A DNA stretch of 64,000 bases from Minisyncoccota bacterium (GTDB taxonomy: Bacteria; Patescibacteriota; Minisyncoccia; Phycocordibacterales; UBA2100): positions 66,845 through 130,844 of the forward strand of contig JAYWCB010000010.1 of assembly GCA_043780835.1 (NCBI GenBank), given 5' to 3'. The notes under the pieces are model-generated. The model was not told the DNA's origin. It saw nothing but the letters and a program-made list of their open reading frames with translations, and did not search any database. Shown piece by piece: positions 37,560 through 47,509 of this stretch; position 1 is the first letter of the stretch, and each line of letters opens with the position of its first letter. A program made the position numbers and the translations under genes.

Positions 37560-38909
37560 CTAGGCGTGAATCAGTGCGCGAATATGGTCGAGCTCCTGTT
37601 CGAGCGAGCTCGAGGTTTTCATTTCTTCCTTTATTTTTTCACATGAGTGAATGACGGTGGTATGGTCGCGACCGCCGAGTTTCTCGCCGATAGACGGATA
37701 CGAAACGGCGAACTCTTCTCGCAAGACGTACATAATGATTTGTCGCGGCTTCACCACCTCCTTCTTTCGGGTTTTTTCGTAAATACTCTTTTCCGGCACT
37801 TCGTAGTATTGCGCGATGCGACGCACCACCTCGTCTATTGAAACGCCCCGGTTGGGCTTCACATTGTGTTTGATGAGTGCGCGTACGTCTGCATGAGAAA
37901 TTGCCTTTCCCTTCAGCTGCGATTTACAGACAATCATATTAAGCACCCCTTCGAGTTCGCGAATGTTGCCGCGTACATTTTCTGCGATGTATTGAATGAT
38001 GTCGTCGGGAATAGAAAAGCCGTGCTGTTCTATCTTTGCACTAATAATTGCAGTGCGTGATTCAACATCGGGTTCCGGTATTTCTGCAATCATTCCGCCT
38101 GAAAAACGTCCCTTGAGGCGGTCTTCAAACCCGGGCAAAAGCGACGGATGTTTATCCGATGAAAATACAATCTGCTTATTGTTATCACGGAGCGCATTAA
38201 ACAAATGGAATAATTCTTCCTGAGTCTTCTCTGTGTTTGCGATGAACTGCACGTCATCCATGATGAGTACATCGTATTGTCGGTACTGGTCCTTGAAATT
38301 ATTGGCATGCCCTGCTCGCACCGCATTGATGTAATCAATCGCAAAGCGTTCCGACGTGACGTACAAGACCTTCTTATTGGCATGGGACTTTTTGAAATAG
38401 TTTCCGATTGCCTGAATAAGATGTGTTTTCCCGTGACCGGTCGATCCGTATATAAAAAGCGGATTATATGCGAGGCCCGGTCGCTCAAGAACGGCCTTTG
38501 AGGCGGCGTGTGCGAGCTGATTGAATGGGCCGACGACAAACGTATCGAACGTGTAGCGTGGATTCAGGTTGTCGCGCTTGTCTATATAGAGCGATTGCAA
38601 ATCAAAAGATGCATTTTGCTGCGGCTCTTGCTTTTGTGGCTTGCGATCCGCCTGTGGAGCAGTTCGATGTACCACGTATTCGACAATCCGAATTGAATTA
38701 TCAAGACTGCGTAGCGCCTTCAAGATTAATTTGTGATGTTTGTCTGAGAGCCACTCTTTTACAATCTTTGAGGGAACGGCAACTTGAATCGTTCCCCCAT
38801 CGCGATGAGAGACGTCAGTATTTCGGAACCATGTGCGAAACGATGCCTCGGACGTGCCTAACTCAATCTGCACGAGTGCGTTCTGCCATAGTTCTCTGTT
38901 AGTCATCAT
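37560..38909 (-). CDS. dnaA: Chromosomal replication initiator DnaA
   Basis: AAA+ motifs (LFIYGSTGHGKTHL, LIMDDVQF), domain IV (RQIIMYVLREEFAVSYPSIGEKLGGRDHTTVIHSCEKI). Start set at MMTNRELWQ. Confidence 0.9.
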   Translation of the reverse strand: MMTNRELWQNALVQIELGTSEASFRTWFRNTDVSHRDGGTIQVAVPSKIVKEWLSDKHHKLILKALRSLDNSIRIVEYVVHRTAPQADRKPQKQEPQQNASFDLQSLYIDKRDNLNPRYTFDTFVVGPFNQLAHAASKAVLERPGLAYNPLFIYGSTGHGKTHLIQAIGNYFKKSHANKKVLYVTSERFAIDYINAVRAGHANNFKDQYRQYDVLIMDDVQFIANTEKTQEELFHLFNALRDNNKQIVFSSDKHPSLLPGFEDRLKGRFSGGMIAEIPEPDVESRTAIISAKIEQHGFSIPDDIIQYIAENVRGNIRELEGVLNMIVCKSQLKGKAISHADVRALIKHNVKPNRGVSIDEVVRRIAQYYEVPEKSIYEKTRKKEVVKPRQIIMYVLREEFAVSYPSIGEKLGGRDHTTVIHSCEKIKEEMKTSSSLEQELDHIRALIHA

Positions 38910-39002
38910 GGTTTTTTGTTGATGTCTTGAGAACAATGTCAGGACATTATACGCACTTCGAGCGCGGTGGGAATCTTGACCGACCCTCAGCGGGGTGTTC
39001 AC

Positions 39003-39179
39003 AACTATGTGGATAACAAGGGGATATCTTTTTTCATTTAAATATGAGCACTCGGCTCGCGTACAAAATGCAAATCCCTTTTTTATGTTCCCCTCACCTC
39101 AGCGTCTCAGAAAACGATGAATTATTTTAATTTACGTGCACGATTGCGTTTTTCATAATCGTGTCGCATACTACGCCGC
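39003..39179. promoter_or_regulatory. dnaA upstream region with perfect DnaA box and AT-rich tracts; also rpmH promoter region
   Basis: tgtggataa at about 39008-39016; AT-rich ttttttcatttaaatatgag and attattttaatttacg. Confidence 0.45.
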
Positions 39180-39320
39180 ATGTCGACCAAGCGAACATAT
39201 CAGCCGAAAAAGAAAAAGCGATTGGCAACGCACGGATTCCGTATCCGTTCCAAAAGCGTTAAGAAAGTATCGGTTCTCACTCGCCGACGCCGCAAGGGGC
39301 GCGCGAAACTCACTGTGTAA
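39180..39320 (+). CDS. rpmH: 50S ribosomal protein L34
   Basis: [46 protein letters not shown] (46 aa); not in the ORF track because it is under 60 aa. Confidence 0.8.
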   Translation: MSTKRTYQPKKKKRLATHGFRIRSKSVKKVSVLTRRRRKGRAKLTV

Positions 39321-39343
39321 CGAGGTATCTGCATAGCCCGTGT

Positions 39344-39670
39344 ATGCCAAAAAAAAACCGGCTTACAGGGGCACAGATCCGTCGTTTGAAACCGGGAAAA
39401 AGGCTTATTTCAAGCCTTTTTTCGCTATCAGCGACAGTGCAGGAAAGTGCAGTAACGCAGATTGCATGTATTGTCTCAAAAAAAGTATCCGCAAAGGCGG
39501 TGGTACGAAATACCGTGAAGCGGCGGATGCATGCAGCGCTCGCCGGCACCAAACTCCCTACCGGTATGTCTCTTGTGCTAACCGCAAAGAAGACTGCGTC
39601 ACAATGCCCCTATAGCGAGGTGCACAAAGACATCACGATGCTGATCGAACGACTCCGTAGCGGGAAATAG
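39344..39670 (+). CDS. rnpA: Ribonuclease P protein component
   Basis: Basic 108-aa protein directly after rpmH; RNase P protein-like core. Confidence 0.8.
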   Translation: MPKKNRLTGAQIRRLKPGKRLISSLFSLSATVQESAVTQIACIVSKKVSAKAVVRNTVKRRMHAALAGTKLPTGMSLVLTAKKTASQCPYSEVHKDITMLIERLRSGK

Positions 39671-39695
39671 TACCAACAGGTACAATGCACCATCT

Positions 39696-40430
39696 ATGAT
39701 TGGCACTGTTTTCCATACCGTCGTCTATTTACCGATCTATAACGCGCTGGTTTTCTTCGTTGATGCAGTACCGTCACATGATATCGGCATTGCCGTCATC
39801 ATCGTTACTATTATTGTACGGCTTATCCTCTTTCCCCTCGCACGCAAGGCTATCAAATCGCAGATGGCAATGAAGGCTGTGGCACCGGAAGTTGAAGAAC
39901 TGAAGAAAAAATACAAAGATAAACCGGAAGAACAAGGAAAGGCGATGTTTGCCCTCTATCGCGAGCGCAAGGTGAATCCCTTCTCTGGTTTTTTGCTGCT
40001 TTTACTGCAACTCCCGATTCTTTTAGGGCTGTACTGGGTCTTTGCGCGCGGCGGTTTCCCTACCGTTGACCCGAGCATGCTGTATTCCTTTATACGGGTT
40101 CCCGAAACGGTCAACATGCACTTTCTGGGCATACTTGATATGGGCAGCCATAGCATAGTGCTTGCCGTCTTGGTTGCGCTTACGCAGGCGGTATACACGC
40201 GTCTTTCGATGGGTCCCAAAGGTACCATTACGCAAACAGAGGCTTCATTTTCAGATGAAATGGCGAAAAGCTTTGATGTGCAAGCGCGCTACGTGCTTCC
40301 CTGCGTCATCGGCGTCGTCTCGTACTTTGTCGTTGCAGCAGCGCCACTCTACTGGGTAACCAGTAACCTCTTTATGATTGCGCAGGAAGCATTTGTGGGA
40401 CGTCGTTTTCACGGCCGACACATCATGTAG
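39696..40430 (+). CDS. yidC: Membrane protein insertase YidC (short, Gram-positive type)
   Basis: 5-TM 244-aa protein with the YidC conserved core (RLILFPLA...QLPILLGLYWVF); rpmH-rnpA-yidC-jag synteny. Confidence 0.8.
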   Translation: MIGTVFHTVVYLPIYNALVFFVDAVPSHDIGIAVIIVTIIVRLILFPLARKAIKSQMAMKAVAPEVEELKKKYKDKPEEQGKAMFALYRERKVNPFSGFLLLLLQLPILLGLYWVFARGGFPTVDPSMLYSFIRVPETVNMHFLGILDMGSHSIVLAVLVALTQAVYTRLSMGPKGTITQTEASFSDEMAKSFDVQARYVLPCVIGVVSYFVVAAAPLYWVTSNLFMIAQEAFVGRRFHGRHIM

Positions 40431-40486
40431 GGGCATCTATTTCAGGCTGGGCATTCGAGTCGCGCAGCAAAAGAAAAAAGCGTATA

Positions 40487-40954
40487 GTGCCCTTCATGCA
40501 CGATGTCGTCGAAATCATCCTGAAAGAACTGCTCGTAGCAATGGGTATAGCTGATGCAACGATCAGTCGCGGAGAAGTTGCGAGGCAGACTATTTTTTCT
40601 ATTCAAACGTCCGAGGCACGGGCGCTTATCGGTGCACACGGCGATACCGTTCAGGCGATGGACATGCTGGTGAAAAAGATCGCTGAGAAGCGTCTTGTTC
40701 CGGAAGCGGCACAAGATCTGCATTTTCTGGTAGACGTGAACGACTACCGGGTAAAGCAAATTAAGGATTTGCAAACTAAAGCGCTGATGATGGCGGATCG
40801 CGCCCGCAGCTTTCAATATGATGTAGAGCTCACGCCGATGAGCGCATACGAGCGTCTGATCGTGCACACCACCCTTCAAGACGCTCCCAATGTAAAAACG
40901 GAGTCTCAGGGTGAGGGACGAAACCGTCGGGTTGTAATCAAATACTCAGCCTAG
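40487..40954 (+). CDS. jag: Jag/KhpB-like RNA-binding protein (KH plus R3H domains)
   Basis: C-terminal R3H-like YERLIVHTTLQD...GEGRNRRVVIK; position after yidC. Confidence 0.65.
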   Translation: MPFMHDVVEIILKELLVAMGIADATISRGEVARQTIFSIQTSEARALIGAHGDTVQAMDMLVKKIAEKRLVPEAAQDLHFLVDVNDYRVKQIKDLQTKALMMADRARSFQYDVELTPMSAYERLIVHTTLQDAPNVKTESQGEGRNRRVVIKYSA

Positions 40955-40957
40955 TTA

Positions 40958-41365
40958 CTACGAAATGCCCTTTATTTTGAGTTGCAGGATCTGAGGATTG
41001 ATCTGATTAAGAATGAGCCACACGCTCAGCAACAACAAGAGTCCGATTGTGACATCACCAAGAATTTCCTTCGCGTGCGATTTTTCTCCCCACGCGTCAG
41101 ATGACATGTATTGATAGCCGGCCCACGCGATGCGCAGTACCGCAAGAATTGCTCCGATAGAGAGCGTGATTTTGAATGCGGCGTTGATGAACGTCCCGAG
41201 ATCATTTGCTCCGGTTCCGATAGAGCCACCGGTAAGACCGAATATCTTTTGAAAATCAGCATCCTTCGTAAGCGGTACAAAGCCTCCGGCAGCAAGCGCA
41301 AAAGCCGGGAGAACACATGAGAGGGCAAAGGCACTACAGGAGACGAGGAGGTTTCTTTTTATCAT
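40958..41365 (-). CDS. VirB2/TrbC-like T4SS pilin candidate
   Basis: Signal peptide ending AFALAAGG, then two hydrophobic helices separated by a short loop (INAAFKITLSIGAILAVLRIAWAGY ... TIGLLLLLSVWLILNQI). About 135 aa. First gene of the minus-strand T4SS-like operon. Confidence 0.45.
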   Translation of the reverse strand: MIKRNLLVSCSAFALSCVLPAFALAAGGFVPLTKDADFQKIFGLTGGSIGTGANDLGTFINAAFKITLSIGAILAVLRIAWAGYQYMSSDAWGEKSHAKEILGDVTIGLLLLLSVWLILNQINPQILQLKIKGIS

Positions 41366-41372
41366 AGGTACA

Positions 41373-42608
41373 TTATTCACTGATTCTAAGCATCCAGAGC
41401 GACTTATCCGCAGCGTTGCGCCATCCGATATACGATCCTGTTTCGTCGATTGCGGGATCCTCAACATCGAACTCAGCGCGCGTATCGGGTACGAAGAATC
41501 GCTCTGCCGTTCCTTCAGACGCTTGTATTTTCCACCATACGTCTTTTGTGTGTGTCACCCCCTGGTACCAATTCGTGAGATACGATGCGCCCGTCTCCGT
41601 TGTCGGCACCGCGCAATATGCAATAAGTCCTGTGCCAGGCGCCCATGTGCATTTATCGGCCGTGGTTTCAATAGAGAGCTTCACTGCTTTTGATGAGCCG
41701 ACCTTAACGTACAGGGATAGTTTTCCCGCATCTGATGATCCGTACAAGTAGGCAGCGCTTGTTTCGTGATGAAGAACGGTCAGTCCCCTCACGTCGCTCA
41801 TCAGAGTTCTTGTAACGCCATTTGCGGCGACCATGAATGAATAGCCTGCTATGTCGTCTGATGCACTCTGTGTAATAACCACGCGTCCATCGGCAAGCAA
41901 CTGTGCTCGCCACTGGAACAGCGGAGAAGAGAAGATCTTTTTAACTGAACCCCCTTTCCAGTTTGCGCTCACCCCTAACGATCCTCCCTCAGGGAGGTGT
42001 GTCATAAAGAAGAGCCCGTGTGACGTCGGTTGATTGTTAGCAACATCGATCGCCACGATGTCTGGTGGGAGATAGGTACCTTCAAGCACATTCGCGGTCG
42101 ATGTTGATGTAATAACTGTCGTCGTTGCAATCGTTGCGGCAAATGATGTGATCGTCCCGGCGTCGTTTGTAGATCGTAAGATGACGTCTCCGGAGCGGCT
42201 GAAAAGCGCGTCGCGTACTTTTGGAATGAGTGTATTGGTTAAACGTAAAATCGAACTCGTCTGAGGATCAGCACGCAGAATATTTCCGGTCGCCCGCTCG
42301 GCGATGTATACCGATGTCCCACCCGGACCGAATCCAAAGCCTGCCACCGGCGTTTTTGTGACGTGCCATAAGCGGGGCGCTTGCTTTCCAATTTCTGCGA
42401 CCGTAGAGCTACCCGGTTGATCTGCTGTAATGTTTCGATAGGTGCTTCCGACTTGTCCGGTGAACGACGTAGAATCGCTCCCTCGCCCGCCGGCGTCGGC
42501 GATGGTTTGGGCGGTTTTACTTTTAATGAAAAAATACCAACCACCGAATCCGCCGACAATCATCACGATGAGGGCAGCGAGCGTGAACTGGATAATTTTA
42601 TTCTGCAT
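41373..42608 (-). CDS. N-terminally anchored periplasmic/extracytoplasmic protein (possible beta-propeller)
   Basis: Start MQNKIIQFTLAALIVMIVGG (TM), then about 380 aa of beta-rich sequence. Part of the T4SS-like operon. Confidence 0.35.
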   Translation of the reverse strand: MQNKIIQFTLAALIVMIVGGFGGWYFFIKSKTAQTIADAGGRGSDSTSFTGQVGSTYRNITADQPGSSTVAEIGKQAPRLWHVTKTPVAGFGFGPGGTSVYIAERATGNILRADPQTSSILRLTNTLIPKVRDALFSRSGDVILRSTNDAGTITSFAATIATTTVITSTSTANVLEGTYLPPDIVAIDVANNQPTSHGLFFMTHLPEGGSLGVSANWKGGSVKKIFSSPLFQWRAQLLADGRVVITQSASDDIAGYSFMVAANGVTRTLMSDVRGLTVLHHETSAAYLYGSSDAGKLSLYVKVGSSKAVKLSIETTADKCTWAPGTGLIAYCAVPTTETGASYLTNWYQGVTHTKDVWWKIQASEGTAERFFVPDTRAEFDVEDPAIDETGSYIGWRNAADKSLWMLRISE

Positions 42609-42609
42609 A

Positions 42610-43614
42610 TTATTTTCCGGTAAACGCATCGCTACTACCTCCGGCACTTCCCGCGCTCGAGCCGAATGTGACGATCCACGTTCCGTGCGCGTCGAGTTGA
42701 TAGTTGTTCTTGTGGGTGAGGGATAGATCAATTTTTGCCTCACCGCCGGCTGCACCGGCATTAATGGTTAGGGTGTTCGGGTGTTCCGTGTTCGATTCCA
42801 CTGACGCGTTGTTGACCCTCCAGATATACGAAAAAAGATTGTCGTTTGGACCGGATGCTTGCGCAAAATACGGGATAGCTGCGAATGACATTTCAGTATC
42901 CGAAACATGCGTCGTTGATTGAAGCGAATTGTGATACATAGTCCCGTACAGCGGATGTTCAAAATAGAGGCGCACCGGCGGATCGACGGTGAGGATGGAA
43001 AGCGTTCGCTCAGCGCTCAGCGTTTTATCCGACGTAGTGACACTCACCGATATGTCGTTTGTATCCGAGAGTGATGCAGTCGGCGTGGTGAATGATGACT
43101 TGCCTTTACCTGCCAACGCAATCTGCCCATCACGTTTCCACGTGAATGTAAGTTGTGATGCGAGCAATTCTGTTCCCTTTTGAAACATGTGCGGAAATGC
43201 CTGGAGTGTAATGTGTGTACCTTTGCTCGGCAGATGTTTTCCGCGGTAGAGCCCCGGTGCATATGAATCGGATTCCCACATCACGTCGACAGACGAGGGC
43301 GTAAGTGAAAGCGATGCCGTTTCGGGAATTCCTTGTACCGCGACTGAAATATCCATGCGCTCTCCCGTATTTGGAGCCGTAGTTCGATACATCATTTCGC
43401 CCTCGCCTTGCATCACAACAGTACCGCTGTTTTTCCATGTGATTATCCGGTTAGAGATATCAACAAGAGGATTTTGAATGGTGAACGTTACCGCATCATT
43501 TGGTTTGGGATACGGCGGCGATACTGAGAGAAAAAGCGATGGACCGAGATCGACCTGTGCGAAAACGGGTAACGCGAAAAAGAGCGTTATCAGCGGAATG
43601 AGGAAGTGTTTCAT
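42610..43614 (-). CDS. Secreted protein (cleavable signal peptide), unknown function
   Basis: MKHFLIPLITLFFALPVFAQV signal; Ser/Thr-rich. Part of the T4SS-like operon. Confidence 0.35.
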   Translation of the reverse strand: MKHFLIPLITLFFALPVFAQVDLGPSLFLSVSPPYPKPNDAVTFTIQNPLVDISNRIITWKNSGTVVMQGEGEMMYRTTAPNTGERMDISVAVQGIPETASLSLTPSSVDVMWESDSYAPGLYRGKHLPSKGTHITLQAFPHMFQKGTELLASQLTFTWKRDGQIALAGKGKSSFTTPTASLSDTNDISVSVTTSDKTLSAERTLSILTVDPPVRLYFEHPLYGTMYHNSLQSTTHVSDTEMSFAAIPYFAQASGPNDNLFSYIWRVNNASVESNTEHPNTLTINAGAAGGEAKIDLSLTHKNNYQLDAHGTWIVTFGSSAGSAGGSSDAFTGK

Positions 43615-45542
43615 ACGACGCCTGGTGCAAGCGGTGGTTCGGTTGCAGCCGCCGCGGGCTTAGCAATTGAAATATGTGAGCGCTGATCCTCAACAGCAGC
43701 GGTGCGCGCGTCGCTCGCGATTTGAAGATCCTGTTTTGCTTTTTTTATTGCAAGAATTTGAGACGGATCTGATGTGATGATCTGGTCTTCGGTATACGAT
43801 GCGATTACTTTGATTGCCACGTGCTTGAGACCGGCGAAGAAAATACCCTCCCCCACGTCAGACTCAAGGAGAAGGTATTTCTCCTCGTCGGAGAGTTTAA
43901 AAGTCTGCTGCACGAGGTCGACGGATGTCGGCGATTGACGCAGCAGCATTTGGATTGATGAGTTCGTAATCATTGGTACACCGTACGGAGAATTCAAAAA
44001 GTCTGAGACGTCCTGTGTGATGGTTGAGATACCGAGAAAGTATTTTCGTCCGCGCTTTGCGATAGAAAACAAGAACGACGCCGTGTCTTCAGAGCGCATC
44101 ATCCACCAGGCTTCGTCGATAATAAGCAGGCGTTTACGCAATTCTTTGCGGACCGTATTCCAAATGTGGTGCGTAATGATATACATCGCGACCGGTTTCA
44201 GATCGTCTTCCATGTCGCGCACTGAAAAGACGACGAGTTTTTTGTTCATGTCAACGTTTGTCGGCCGATTCATAAATCCGGACCACGTCCCCTTGGTGTA
44301 TTTCGAAAGGCGCGCCACAAGCGACTCAGATCCTTCCATGCCCGAAAGCACGAGTTCGAAGTCGGAAAGCAGCGGTGGCTCCACTGCTGCAAAGTTTGCA
44401 TCCGCAGTGATGTCTTTGAGTGCGTATGTTTCGGTGATGGCGCGATCGATCACCGCGTCTTCTTCCGGGGTTAAACCGCCGAGCATGATACGGAAGAGTC
44501 CGACAAGCGTGATGATGTTGTTGCGAAGCACATCAGAGGCAGCCTCATCTTCACGCGGTATCGGTAGATCAAACGGATTAATGTGATGTTCGGACGAGAG
44601 TGAGATATTGAAATACCGACCGCCCACGGTTTCTGCGAGATATTCATATTCGCGTTCAGGGTCGATAACAATGACCTCCGTGTCGAACATGAGTGAGCGC
44701 AAGATCTCGAGCTTCGTCGTGTATGACTTGCCGGCGCCGGATTTCGCGAATGTTACAGAGTTGTAGTTTTCGAGCGAGAAACGATCGAAAAGAATGAGCG
44801 AAGAATTGTGACGGTTAATGCCGTACAGGATGCCTCGGTCTGAGGTGAGGTCGAACGATATGAACGGAAAGATAGATGAGAGCGGGGCGGAGTTGAGTTT
44901 CGTATGGACATCGAGTTCGTCGGTTGCGATCGGCAATACGGAGCGGAAACCCTGTTCCTGTTGAAAGAGTGCGGGTCGGATGTAAACGAGGCGGGACTCA
45001 AGGATAGAACGGACTTCGGACTCTGTTTTATCGACTTCTTCGCGCGTAGCACCATAAATTGTCATGTACAGTCCTACATCGAAAATACGCTCTTGAGCCT
45101 GTTGCAGCGAATCGCGGAGTTGTTCGAGATCGGAATACGCGGTATCCAGCATCGGGTCTCGCACCATTCCCTTCTCTTCTCGGGTAGAAATTTGACTCTG
45201 GACCTCGGCGACTTTCTTTTGGAATTTGCGCAGCATCTCGTTGGTATCCATCGGGTGGATGAATATGGAAATATCGATCACCTTGTCCATGTTGATGATT
45301 GGTGCAAACCAGCCCGTCGTAAGGAAACGCGGATATGAAATGACGAAAAACGTACGTGCTATTTTCTCGCCCAAGTCCAGTTCATGCGACGAAATCTTGA
45401 GCGCGTGCGGAGCGATGACGTCTTGCAGGTCGAGTACGCCGGTTTGGTAGATTTCATCGGGCAAGACCGGCAGCACATTCGGGCCGAGCTCTTGTCGCTT
45501 ACCTAATCCGAGTGATTCGAACAGTCCCATACCCTTACACAC
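43611..45542 (-). CDS. virB4: Type IV secretion system ATPase VirB4 (Gram-positive PrgJ/TcpF-like)
   Basis: N-domain KIARTFFVISYPRFLTTGWFAPIINMDKVIDISIFIHP; Walker A FAKSGAGKSYTTK, VIVIDPEREY, Walker B LLIIDEAWWMM. Confidence 0.8.
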   Translation of the reverse strand: MCKGMGLFESLGLGKRQELGPNVLPVLPDEIYQTGVLDLQDVIAPHALKISSHELDLGEKIARTFFVISYPRFLTTGWFAPIINMDKVIDISIFIHPMDTNEMLRKFQKKVAEVQSQISTREEKGMVRDPMLDTAYSDLEQLRDSLQQAQERIFDVGLYMTIYGATREEVDKTESEVRSILESRLVYIRPALFQQEQGFRSVLPIATDELDVHTKLNSAPLSSIFPFISFDLTSDRGILYGINRHNSSLILFDRFSLENYNSVTFAKSGAGKSYTTKLEILRSLMFDTEVIVIDPEREYEYLAETVGGRYFNISLSSEHHINPFDLPIPREDEAASDVLRNNIITLVGLFRIMLGGLTPEEDAVIDRAITETYALKDITADANFAAVEPPLLSDFELVLSGMEGSESLVARLSKYTKGTWSGFMNRPTNVDMNKKLVVFSVRDMEDDLKPVAMYIITHHIWNTVRKELRKRLLIIDEAWWMMRSEDTASFLFSIAKRGRKYFLGISTITQDVSDFLNSPYGVPMITNSSIQMLLRQSPTSVDLVQQTFKLSDEEKYLLLESDVGEGIFFAGLKHVAIKVIASYTEDQIITSDPSQILAIKKAKQDLQIASDARTAAVEDQRSHISIAKPAAAATEPPLAPGVV

Positions 45543-45664
45543 GAAACGGCATTGTGCTTACAGCACGTGCCATCCCGTAATTACTGGTAAGTATCGCATT
45601 TAAAATCAGTTGTCGTCGCAAACCAATATCTATTATATTCATGTCGTTTCGTGTGAGGGGCATA

Positions 45665-46327
45665 TTATTGTTGTGCGAGCGACATCGGCTTCGAATCCTC
45701 TCCCGGGTTAAACATTTTATATAACAGCTCAATTGCTTCTTCGGTGCCCAGCTGCACGGTGCGTACCCCGGTGCGTATAAGACCTTGTTGCACGATTGCG
45801 ATACGCTGTTCTAACTGCGTAGCCTGTTCTTCAAACGTGCGATTTTCTTCAGCGGCATTTGCCTTCTTTTTACTGAACGGATTAAACGACGAGACACCGC
45901 CGCTCGTTGAAATAACTGCCGGCGTGTATGGAACCACGACAAAAAAGTTTTTTGTCATAATGTTCGCGGCTTCGGTAAAGCTGCGGATGAATTCTATATA
46001 TTCACGAATTTGAATACGCATGAGGTCATCAAGCTGACCTTTGTAGGCCTCTTCGAGCGTTGCGACGTACGGTCGGATATCGAGTTGGCGAGATTGTACG
46101 AAAATCTGGCACGAAAAATCGAGGGAGTTCAGGAAGTTTTGAAACTGCACAATAAACGCAGTTTGCTCGTCTTCGGATTTCAGTGCGAAGTTGATCGATG
46201 AGGCGAGAAGTACCGCACGTAAGCCGTTGTCTTTCATAATGACGACGCCGTCTCGCACCTCTTTAATCGGCACAAATTCCTGTGTCGATTTATTATCGTT
46301 GCGTGTGTTAGATCCAATTTGGGGCAT
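45665..46327 (-). CDS. Standalone protein resembling the N-terminal domain of VirB4-family proteins (no ATPase domain)
   Basis: VPIKEVRDGVVIMKDNGLRAVLLASSINFALKSEDEQ...FQNFLNSLDFSCQIFVQSRQLDIRPY resembles the PIKDI..DG.I.TKDG..KILEI.PINF.LKSEEEQ start motif of Gram-positive VirB4s. Confidence 0.35.
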   Translation of the reverse strand: MPQIGSNTRNDNKSTQEFVPIKEVRDGVVIMKDNGLRAVLLASSINFALKSEDEQTAFIVQFQNFLNSLDFSCQIFVQSRQLDIRPYVATLEEAYKGQLDDLMRIQIREYIEFIRSFTEAANIMTKNFFVVVPYTPAVISTSGGVSSFNPFSKKKANAAEENRTFEEQATQLEQRIAIVQQGLIRTGVRTVQLGTEEAIELLYKMFNPGEDSKPMSLAQQ

Positions 46328-46331
46328 ACCA

Positions 46332-46838
46332 TTACTGAGTGAGCGACTTCAATGCCTCGCGGGGTGTTCGGATACCGCGGTATACATCTTCGCCGCGGAT
46401 TGCATTTCTGTCTTTTTCATTGCCGTAGCCGGCCGCGATGCGTTCTTTAATGTCGAGGCTCCACGCGAGTTCGTGCAAACGGCTATCGGAGAGCTTCGGT
46501 ACATAGAGGTTTTCCTGCGGCACGACCGGATTCTGACGCTCTTGAGCGATACGCGACTTCGTCTTGTTGTTCCAGAGATAAAGCTTCGTGTGTATGACAT
46601 AGAAAAAGGATGTTTCGAGTGCAATCATGAATGGCCGACCGTTGTATTGCATAAACGCAAGGGCAATTGCAAAACCCATTACGCCGATAACGAGTGGGGC
46701 GGCGATAAACACCGGCAATAAGCGCCACAAGAGGTAGGCGAGTCCTAAGCCGCCCGCAATATAGACGAATTGCTTGAATGTAAAGGGTCCGAAGATTTTA
46801 TCTTCGACCTCAATGAATTGAGGTACTTGGAACTGCAT
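46332..46838 (-). CDS. VirB3/PrgI-like small T4SS membrane protein
   Basis: MQFQVPQFIEVEDKIFGPFTFKQFVYIAGGLGLAYLLW then a second TM helix; located directly upstream of VirB4. Confidence 0.5.
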   Translation of the reverse strand: MQFQVPQFIEVEDKIFGPFTFKQFVYIAGGLGLAYLLWRLLPVFIAAPLVIGVMGFAIALAFMQYNGRPFMIALETSFFYVIHTKLYLWNNKTKSRIAQERQNPVVPQENLYVPKLSDSRLHELAWSLDIKERIAAGYGNEKDRNAIRGEDVYRGIRTPREALKSLTQ

Positions 46839-46913
46839 ACCGTATTAGTATACCTTGCACTTTCTGCAGTCTGCGCGCCTCCGAGCACGCAATATGTTTA
46901 TAGAATCAGATGC

Positions 46914-47507
46914 TTACAAGAGTTGTTCACGATACGGATCCCCTTCGATAGATTTGCGCTCATGGCTCGCGCTCCCTGCATATGTTTGGGCAACCTGGGC
47001 ACGCACCGCCTTTTCTTCGGGAGCGGGCGGCGGTGGTGTGCCGGGTAAAACAGCGGACGTACCAGTTTCAGGACTCGGGGCGGACGTGTTCACCGGAGAC
47101 GCATTTGCCGCAGCGGCGCCGAGCTCTTGCGCACGCACGGCTTCCACGTCTGAAATAGCCGCTTGTACAGCCGCCGGATGATCGAGCGAGCGTTCCATTT
47201 CGCCGCGTATGGGGCTAAATACAATATCGGAGATACTCGTGGCAAGCTCGACTGCCACCTCTTCGGTGATTGCGAGGTCTTTTTGAAGGTGCTGAGTCAA
47301 TTCAGCAACCGGTTGGAAGCCGAGCAATGTGAGCATGACGTTGTTTTCAAGTACCTGCCATTGATCAACATGCAGTTTATGCCCCTCCGCCAAGTCCCGC
47401 ATGTGCTTCTGCACATCGGCAGACGTGATTGCGTCCTGTACTACTTTTGGAAGTGTTTTAAAACGTTCCTCCAGTTTCTTATCGAAGTCTGTTTCCGTGG
47501 AATCCAT
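46914..47507 (-). CDS. Hypothetical acidic protein with Pro/Ala-rich C-terminus
   Basis: ORF in the T4SS-like operon; no family recognized. Confidence 0.3.
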   Translation of the reverse strand: MDSTETDFDKKLEERFKTLPKVVQDAITSADVQKHMRDLAEGHKLHVDQWQVLENNVMLTLLGFQPVAELTQHLQKDLAITEEVAVELATSISDIVFSPIRGEMERSLDHPAAVQAAISDVEAVRAQELGAAAANASPVNTSAPSPETGTSAVLPGTPPPPAPEEKAVRAQVAQTYAGSASHERKSIEGDPYREQLL

Positions 47508-47509
47508 AT

